Source of the DNA: an uncultured Candidatus Saccharibacteria bacterium
GTDB lineage: Bacteria > Patescibacteriota > Minisyncoccia > UBA6257 > 1-14-0-10-44-23
Assembly: GCA_964560145.1 (NCBI GenBank)
Contig: CAZLKS010000002.1
Span: 1-48,532, forward strand
Direction: 5' to 3'
Length of the DNA: 48,532 nt
Below the pieces are notes generated by a model that saw nothing but the letters and a program-made list of their open reading frames with translations, did not search any database and had not been told where the DNA came from. Position numbers and translations under genes: made by a program. Of this stretch, positions 43,004 through 48,532 are shown in pieces; the first letter of the stretch is position 1, and each line of letters opens with the position of its first letter.

Positions 43004-45808
43004 CTACCACTTCTCAACAATCAGCATCCTCTTCCCTTGCCACTCCGGCAACTTACTCCAAATCTCTTCGGTCACAAACGGCATAAATGGGTGAAGTGTC
43101 TTAAGTGAGCCCGTTAAAATATACCAGAGCATCGCCTGAGCACTTGCGCGAGTAGTAGGGTCAACCAACCGTGGCTTCGCCTCCTCAATGACTTTATCGG
43201 CGAAGGTGTGCCAGACGTAGTGATACATACCCTCGGCTGAGGCATGGAAGTTAAACGCCTCAATACCTGCGGTGCACTCCGCCTTAGCCTTTTCAAACTC
43301 GGCAACTGCTGCCTTGTCGGTTTCATTGGTTATCTCCCCTGCTGCATCTGGATTAAATCCATCAAAGTTCATCAGCACGAACCGGCTGATGTTCCAAATC
43401 TTGTTAGCAAAATTCTTATAACCACGCACTTTATCCTCCGAAAGCTTCTGGTCATTGCCAGCAGAGGTACCAATAATCAGCGACAAACGCGTGGCGTCTG
43501 CACCATACTTGTCAGCCAGTTCTAGCGGATCAAGAGCATTGCCCAGTGACTTACTCATCTTCTGCCCTTTAGCATCACGAACCAGCCCATGCAGGTATAC
43601 CTGCTTGAAAGGCACCTCGCCGAGCAGGAATCCACTCATGAGAATCATGCGTGCCACCCAGAAGAACAAAATATCATAGCCGGTCTCGAGCACCGCCGTT
43701 GGATGAAACTTACCCAAATCACTTTCGGGATTAATGCTTCCATCTGCCAACAAGGTAGGCTTGCCCTGAGCATCGCCGAAGGGCCAACCGAGCGTTGAGA
43801 ACGTCCAAAGTCCGGAACTGAACCAGGTGTCGAGAGTGTCCGGGTCCTGCTCAAACAAATCGCTGCCACACTTCGCACACTCGTGATGCACATCAAACGA
43901 AAGCACTGCACCATTCTTGACCGAATCTCGCGCAAGCATTTCGTCCGGCGTCAAACCATGAATGTTCTTGAGAACCGTTCGAAGAGTTCCAGCGTGTGTA
44001 ACTATCAATACATTCTTTGCATGATGGTCGCCCTTATACTTCTTGATTGCTTCCCAGGCTCGCTTCTCCACATCAGCATAACTCTCGCCATTTGGTGCTT
44101 TTTTATCATAGAAGAACAATCCGCCGTACAACGCATCAACATCGGTGTGCGGCACTCCTTCGGCGTCGCCGTAGTTACGCTCGCGTAGCGCTGCATCAAA
44201 AATTATCTTCTCTTTTGGAAAACCAATCTTCTCAGCGATAATCTCAGCAGTTTCACGCGTACGCTTTAAATCAGAAGAAATAATAATATCTATATTTTTC
44301 GCCTTAAGCTGATCCGCCGTAGCAGCCGCCTGTGCCCGGCCGTTCTCGTTGAGTCCCTCCTGTGCATGCCCGATAAAACGTTTCTGCACATTCCAATCAG
44401 TCTCGCCATGTCGAACGAAGAACCATCTACCCTTCACCTCTGGCAAAATTTTTGCTGCACCACAGCCGGCACAGTACCACACCGGAATCCGGTGTCCGTA
44501 CCAAATCTGTCGGCTAATACACCAATCTCGTAGGTTATTTATCCAGTGGAAGTAAACGGCATTAAATCGGTCTGGTGTAATTGAAATATCACCTCCCTGC
44601 ACCGCTGCCAGCATTAATTCCTTCAAGGTAACCTCACTACCCGAGGCGATACCCTTGATGTTGGAATGCGGAATCTTAAATTTTTTATTAACCGCCACAA
44701 ACCATTGCAGTTTCGGAAGTGGCTCAATAATACCACCCGTTCGTTCGGCGGTAGAAACATTCTGCTTAATCTTTTCTTCTTTAATCAAAAGCCCTTTGTC
44801 ACGAAGCCACTGTGCCACGAGTTCGCGTGCCTCGGTTGTTTTTTTGCCAACTAAAAGCGGACCAGCGAGCTCGGTCATCTTTGCGTACCCGTTAATTACC
44901 ACGCGGTCGGTCGGCAGATTATTCTTTTGTGCAATATCCCAGTCAGTCGTACTATGCGCCGGGGTCACACCAAGTGCGCCCGTGCCAAACTCTGGATCAA
45001 CTCCCTCGTCGCCTACCACGGCAATCGTAAGCGGAACGCCAGCGAAGTCAGCAATGGTAAACGTCTGGCCGATATACTGCTTCCACTTCCCTTCCGGATG
45101 TACGGCAATGGCTACGTCGCCCACTTTTGTTTCTAAGCGAGTCGTTGCAATTTCAATCGGACACTCCGGTCCGTACCGAAAGGTGTACAGCGTCGCCTCA
45201 CGCTCCTCATACACAATCTCGTCATCAGAAATAGTCGTCTGCCCTTTCGGATCCCAGTTTACGATGCGATGACCACGATAAATGAGTCCGGCCTCGTACA
45301 TCCGCTTAAACGCCTCGTGCACGGCTTTCGTGCGTGGTTCGTCTAACGTAAACGCCTCACGACTCCAATCCAGCGAGGCACCCATGCGCTTCATCTGATT
45401 AACAATAGTGTTGTGGCTTCGCGTTGCAAATTCATTCACGCGACGCAAAAGCTCCTCGCGACCTAAATCATACCGACTCTTGCCCTCTTTTTTGGAAATC
45501 TCTTTTTCAACTTTGGACTGCGTCGCAATAGCCGCGTGGTCGGTGCCTGGTAGCCAGAGCGTGGCGTCCCCCTTCATGCGATGATAACGAATTAAAATAT
45601 CCTGAATCGCGAGCATTGCAGCGTGACCCATGTGCAGAGTGCCAGTGACGTTGGGCGGAGGCAGAATAATAGCAAATGGCTTATGGCTTATGGCGGATGG
45701 CAAGTCACTAGAAGACTTGTCGGGATTAAAAAATCCGGACTCCTCCCACTTCTTATAGAGAGGCCCTTCGGCGTCTTTTGGTTCGTAGTTTTTAGGTAAT
45801 TCAGTCAT
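43004..45808 (-). CDS. valS: Valyl-tRNA synthetase with an inserted histidine-phosphatase domain
   Basis: PPPNVTGTLHMGHA (HIGH), TTRLETKVGD, WCISRQIWYGHRIP, DTLDTWFSS and KMSKSLGN. Residues about 461-642 are a PGM/PhoE-like domain (see findings). Confidence 0.95.
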   Translation of the reverse strand: MTELPKNYEPKDAEGPLYKKWEESGFFNPDKSSSDLPSAISHKPFAIILPPPNVTGTLHMGHAAMLAIQDILIRYHRMKGDATLWLPGTDHAAIATQSKVEKEISKKEGKSRYDLGREELLRRVNEFATRSHNTIVNQMKRMGASLDWSREAFTLDEPRTKAVHEAFKRMYEAGLIYRGHRIVNWDPKGQTTISDDEIVYEEREATLYTFRYGPECPIEIATTRLETKVGDVAIAVHPEGKWKQYIGQTFTIADFAGVPLTIAVVGDEGVDPEFGTGALGVTPAHSTTDWDIAQKNNLPTDRVVINGYAKMTELAGPLLVGKKTTEARELVAQWLRDKGLLIKEEKIKQNVSTAERTGGIIEPLPKLQWFVAVNKKFKIPHSNIKGIASGSEVTLKELMLAAVQGGDISITPDRFNAVYFHWINNLRDWCISRQIWYGHRIPVWYCAGCGAAKILPEVKGRWFFVRHGETDWNVQKRFIGHAQEGLNENGRAQAAATADQLKAKNIDIIISSDLKRTRETAEIIAEKIGFPKEKIIFDAALRERNYGDAEGVPHTDVDALYGGLFFYDKKAPNGESYADVEKRAWEAIKKYKGDHHAKNVLIVTHAGTLRTVLKNIHGLTPDEMLARDSVKNGAVLSFDVHHECAKCGSDLFEQDPDTLDTWFSSGLWTFSTLGWPFGDAQGKPTLLADGSINPESDLGKFHPTAVLETGYDILFFWVARMILMSGFLLGEVPFKQVYLHGLVRDAKGQKMSKSLGNALDPLELADKYGADATRLSLIIGTSAGNDQKLSEDKVRGYKNFANKIWNISRFVLMNFDGFNPDAAGEITNETDKAAVAEFEKAKAECTAGIEAFNFHASAEGMYHYVWHTFADKVIEEAKPRLVDPTTRASAQAMLWYILTGSLKTLHPFMPFVTEEIWSKLPEWQGKRMLIVEKW

Positions 45809-45849
45809 GCGATAGATAGATTCTAGCGGAAAAAGTGTAACTCGGATAC

Positions 45850-45878
45850 TTGACAGATAAGCAAAATATATATAAGAT
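45850..45878 (+). promoter_or_regulatory. Promoter-like element of island d
   Basis: TTGACA (45850..45855), a 17-nt spacer, then TAAGAT (45873..45878), in AT-rich DNA between the valS start and the G+C-rich ORF. Confidence 0.5.
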
Positions 45879-46751
45879 ATGTTCCATCACTACCGTGAGA
45901 TGCCGATCAGACGGCTTAAGCAAATGCATCTGAAAAACGTGCCGGTTTGGCACACGAGGTCTCCCATGATCGGTGAAACGAGTGGCGTCGCAAAGACCGT
46001 CTCGCCCCCCAACACGGGGAACGCACTCCTCATGATGAGCGGTCTCAAGCAGTTCGAGCTGGATCAGCTCGCTCTCGAGCTGAAGGATCCGAGCGCCAAG
46101 CACCGTCTGGGCCGCGTCGACGACGCGATTCGGACCGACCTGCTCTACCCCGAGGATGCAGATACGCAGGAGCTCCGGGCCATCATGGGGCTCAACTTCA
46201 TCGGCCGGCGCGAGATGGCGATGCTCACCAACCAGATGGGCGATCCGGTGATGGCGCGCAAGCCGCTCTACCCGAAGGCGCTCGTCCTCGCCCACAAGGA
46301 CGACCACCTCCTCATCTGCTTCCCGCGAATGTCGGGGGAGGAGCTGGAGAAGTACGTGGGGCCGCTGATGGCTCCCAACCAGGACCTCGCAGGCATCCTG
46401 GCGAAGGACGGAGGCTACGGCGTCTACAACGGATGGAAGCTCATCCGTAAGACGCCGATTCCGGGCTCGGCGAAGAAGACAGCCGAACAGCAGATCTCCA
46501 TGAAGGATGGCCTGCGATACGCAACTCCCTCCCTCACCCAGACGCTCTTCGTGATGGCGACGGTTCACAAGCTGAACCAAGGGCAGATGTTCGCGAAGCA
46601 GTTCGTGAGAGTCGGGCTCAACCATCGCGATGACGAATTCTACGCCGTCGGCTGGCCCACGCCGGCGGGAATCGAGGTCCGCCAGTTCTGGGCGGACGAC
46701 CGCAAGAACAACCTCTTCGCGACCGGCTTCTTTCACGAACCGTCTCGATAG
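45879..46751 (+). CDS. Hypothetical protein, G+C-rich (island d)
   Basis: High GC3 in this frame, and the protein composition is balanced. The antisense 311-aa ORF is Arg/Leu/His-rich and looks like an artefact. The likely true start is the ATG at 45966 (GAGG 8 nt upstream), where the composition shifts. No family recognised. Confidence 0.6.
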   Translation: MFHHYREMPIRRLKQMHLKNVPVWHTRSPMIGETSGVAKTVSPPNTGNALLMMSGLKQFELDQLALELKDPSAKHRLGRVDDAIRTDLLYPEDADTQELRAIMGLNFIGRREMAMLTNQMGDPVMARKPLYPKALVLAHKDDHLLICFPRMSGEELEKYVGPLMAPNQDLAGILAKDGGYGVYNGWKLIRKTPIPGSAKKTAEQQISMKDGLRYATPSLTQTLFVMATVHKLNQGQMFAKQFVRVGLNHRDDEFYAVGWPTPAGIEVRQFWADDRKNNLFATGFFHEPSR

Positions 46752-46805
46752 AGAGAAAGTCGCAACAGTCGGCCGTGCCCCACCTGGGCCCGGTCGATTC
46801 GCTTT

Positions 46806-47837
46806 TTATAACGTCATCGTGGAGTCAGCCTCCATTTTGTACTTCTTTTTACTGAGTTTAGCGAGGTAGGCAGCGGGGGCAATCATGGCGGCGTTGTCAG
46901 TGTTGTACTCGTTTGCCGGGGCGGTAAAGGCAATCCCCCACTTCTCACAATCGGCAGAGAGCTGACGACGAAGTTCTTTGTTGGCTGCCACGCCACCGCA
47001 AACGAAAACCGTCTGCGCACCAAATTCTTTGGCAGCACGCATTGTCTTTTTTACGAGCACGTCAATGACGGCCTGCTGGAAGCTCGCAGCTACATCGTTC
47101 TTATTAAACTTCTTGTGGTCACGGAGATAGTAAAGAACCGAGGTTTTAATACCAGAGAAACTGAATTCATAGCCTTTATCCTTCAGCATCGGGCGCGGAA
47201 AATCTATCGCCTTTGGGTTCCCCTTGAGCGCCAATTTTGAAATCTCCGGCCCTCCTGGGTATGGCAACTTGAGCATGCGCGCCACCTTATCAAAAGCCTC
47301 CCCTGCCGCATCGTCACGCGTCTCGCCAAGATTCGTCCACTTTGTATACGAAGTCATCTTTACTAAAATCGTATGCCCGCCACTAACCACGAGCCCAATT
47401 GCAGGAAACTGGAGCGGCGTATGGTCAGAGCTATTTGCCGTATTCAGCAGAACGCTGAACATGTGCCCCTCCATGTGATTAGCACCGAGAAGTGGCTTTT
47501 TGAGATCTTTGGCTAACTGCTCAGCAAACGTAATCCCCGCCCAGAGCGCCGGCTCGAGTCCCGGCCCCACCGTGACAGCGATAGCATCGATTTCTGACCA
47601 TAGGCCATTTGCTATAGGCCATTTGCCAAAAATCTTCGCGAACAATCGCGGAAGATTTTTAATGTGCTCACGCTTAGCAATATTCGGTACCACCCCACCC
47701 CATTCACGATGCAGTTCGATTTGAGAGTTCGTCAAAAGTTTCAAAACGTTAAAAGACGGCTTTTTTGCCGTGCCAGTGCACTCAACGAGTGCCAGCGATG
47801 TTTCATCGCAACTTGTTTCGATTGATAAGATTTTCAT
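46806..47837 (-). CDS. tsaD: tRNA N6-adenosine threonylcarbamoyltransferase TsaD (Kae1/Qri7 family)
   Basis: MKILSIETSCDETS.., GGVVP..A.R.H, ..VTVGPGL.. and ..VSGGHT.. motifs. The start is set at the ATG at 47837; the longer ORF to 48002 runs into the neighbouring gene. Confidence 0.9.
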   Translation of the reverse strand: MKILSIETSCDETSLALVECTGTAKKPSFNVLKLLTNSQIELHREWGGVVPNIAKREHIKNLPRLFAKIFGKWPIANGLWSEIDAIAVTVGPGLEPALWAGITFAEQLAKDLKKPLLGANHMEGHMFSVLLNTANSSDHTPLQFPAIGLVVSGGHTILVKMTSYTKWTNLGETRDDAAGEAFDKVARMLKLPYPGGPEISKLALKGNPKAIDFPRPMLKDKGYEFSFSGIKTSVLYYLRDHKKFNKNDVAASFQQAVIDVLVKKTMRAAKEFGAQTVFVCGGVAANKELRRQLSADCEKWGIAFTAPANEYNTDNAAMIAPAAYLAKLSKKKYKMEADSTMTL

Positions 47838-47886
47838 ATATATCAATACTCTTTCGGGTACCATGCAGTGCACGGTACCCGAGAAG

Positions 47887-48324
47887 TTAGCTTTCGATTT
47901 GCAAGGCACAACGCGCCGCCTCAAGACGGCGTCCACACTGTGCCGCACGCTCTGCGTAGTCGGGATTGGCCCCGATGTCAGCAAGCGTACGCTGCATCTC
48001 AACGAGATACCCGCGAATACCCTTTAGCCTCACCTCCTTGTTCGGCAAAAGCAGGAGCTCGTCGAGATCGTCGCGATCCTCGAGCGGAAGACTCGCTAGC
48101 AACTGAACGCGCGCAATCTCATTTCGCACCATCGCGAGCCACTGCTGTCGATTCTGCTCGACGACCACGAGAGCTGCCAGGTACGCATCGCCAGTCGTAG
48201 CGAGTTGCGAAGCAGGCGCCTTCCCTCGCATGGAGCAATAGAGCTGCCGAGCGACATCGAGCCGTGCAGCATCGAGCACGTCTCGAGTGCAGAACCTATT
48301 CTCGTCGCTTTCGGTGATGGCCAC
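47887..48324 (-). CDS. Hypothetical helical protein, G+C-rich (island e)
   Basis: GTG start 7 nt after GGAGG. The promoter-like TTGACG-17-TAGGGT lies on the minus strand at 48393..48365. A hairpin (cgggtacc..ggtacccg) follows the stop. No family recognised. Confidence 0.55.
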   Translation of the reverse strand: MAITESDENRFCTRDVLDAARLDVARQLYCSMRGKAPASQLATTGDAYLAALVVVEQNRQQWLAMVRNEIARVQLLASLPLEDRDDLDELLLLPNKEVRLKGIRGYLVEMQRTLADIGANPDYAERAAQCGRRLEAARCALQIES

Positions 48325-48336
48325 GAGGCACCTCCG

Positions 48337-48376
48337 TTTTACCCCACTGATTGTCAGCCCTTATACCCTACTGATT
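48337..48376. promoter_or_regulatory. Two 16-nt direct repeats overlapping the island-e promoter and leader
   Basis: ttttaccccactgatt (48337..48352) and ttataccctactgatt (48361..48376) match at 14 of 16 positions, 24 nt apart start to start. The second overlaps the putative -10. Confidence 0.5.
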
Positions 48377-48432
48377 ATTCGCTCGCCCGTCAATTGACCT
48401 CCCCCGAAAGGAGAGAAGAAAGAAAATCCTCC

Positions 48433-48453
48433 ATTTACCTATTCGTACGAATA
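48433..48453. promoter_or_regulatory. Second copy of the palindrome core found at 27920..27955
   Basis: atttacctattcgtacgaata is identical over 21 nt to 27924..27944. The right half-site is degenerate (cgaataagccaataag versus cgaataggtaaatagg). Confidence 0.6.
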
Positions 48454-48477
48454 AGCCAATAAGAACACATAAAAAGC

Positions 48478-48505
48478 AAAAGGTTCGCCGTTTGGCGAAC
48501 CTTTT
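48478..48505. terminator. Bidirectional intrinsic terminator
   Basis: aaaaggttcgcc-gttt-ggcgaacctttt. Confidence 0.7.
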
Positions 48506-48532
48506 GTAACTTCTTTAACGCTTGGCCCACTG

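Noticed and set aside
43883-44428. Intein as the explanation for the valS insertion
   Set aside because: It has no Cys, Ser or Thr at the N-terminal junction, no terminal His-Asn, and no intein or homing-endonuclease blocks. The insert instead has complete histidine-phosphatase signatures.
45801-46736. 311-aa antisense ORF opposite island d
   Set aside because: It has an Arg/Leu/His/Glu-rich composition, overlaps the valS start, and has no ribosome-binding site. The plus-strand frame has the high GC3 and a balanced amino-acid composition.
47838-48002. N-terminal extension of the TsaD ORF to 48002
   Set aside because: The conserved TsaD N-terminus (MKILSIETSCDET) begins at 47837. The extension overlaps the island-e gene and its terminator hairpin.
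1-48532. Alternative genetic code (for example UGA recoding, as in some CPR lineages)
   Set aside because: Conserved genes (copA, valS, infB, tsaD, ung) are full-length and uninterrupted under the standard code.

Overview
This 48.5-kb chromosomal segment uses the standard bacterial code. Its gene content suggests a small-genome, monoderm bacterium of the Patescibacteria/CPR type, possibly Saccharimonadia-like; that assignment is inference only. The supporting genes are an IF-2 reduced to its G-domain core, stand-alone AlaX, TsaD, sortase with an LPXTG substrate, giant LamG/Fn3 surface proteins, DUF2339 and an Avd-like four-helix-bundle gene.

Backbone content, in order:
- A LamG protein (5' partial) and tRNA-Arg.
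- An ATP-grasp ligase with a VanX-type dipeptidase.
- A CsoR-controlled copper cluster: csoR, DUF305, copA, an HMA-membrane fusion and a cupredoxin-like gene.
- A mazG-like gene, ung and DUF1697.
- A long minus-strand block: an 1874-aa LamG/Fn3 protein, an orphan receiver domain, a MacB/FtsX-type ABC pair and a DrrAB-type ABC pair.
- Two tRNA-Ser genes, then an ice-binding-like LPXTG protein with its sortase.
- infB, a four-helix-bundle gene, rbfA, tRNA-Cys and tRNA-Leu.
- AlaX and several secreted or membrane proteins (a 105-bp tandem-repeat protein, a TSP3-repeat protein, DUF2339, a 3D-domain protein).
- Hsp20, PrsW, valS and tsaD.

Most unusual observations:
1. valS carries an in-frame, catalytically intact-looking histidine-phosphatase domain inserted inside its zinc knuckle.
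2. Five single-gene islands are visibly richer in G+C and GC3 than the backbone. Most start with GTG and have their own promoter-like sequences; most are followed by a hairpin. They sit between housekeeping genes and include a DEAH/HA2 helicase with a roughly 170-nt structured leader and four orphan proteins.
3. A perfect 36-bp palindrome has a 21-nt identical second copy 20 kb away.
4. A class-II tRNA has an apparent ACU anticodon, and there are tRNA 3'-end fragment repeats next to tRNA-Arg(GCG).
5. The Avd-like gene cassette between infB and rbfA is bracketed by inverted TACTCAC-type repeats.

I found no CRISPR array, integrase, transposase or rRNA. No exact GC values or database searches could be run. 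All homology calls come from motif recognition by eye.
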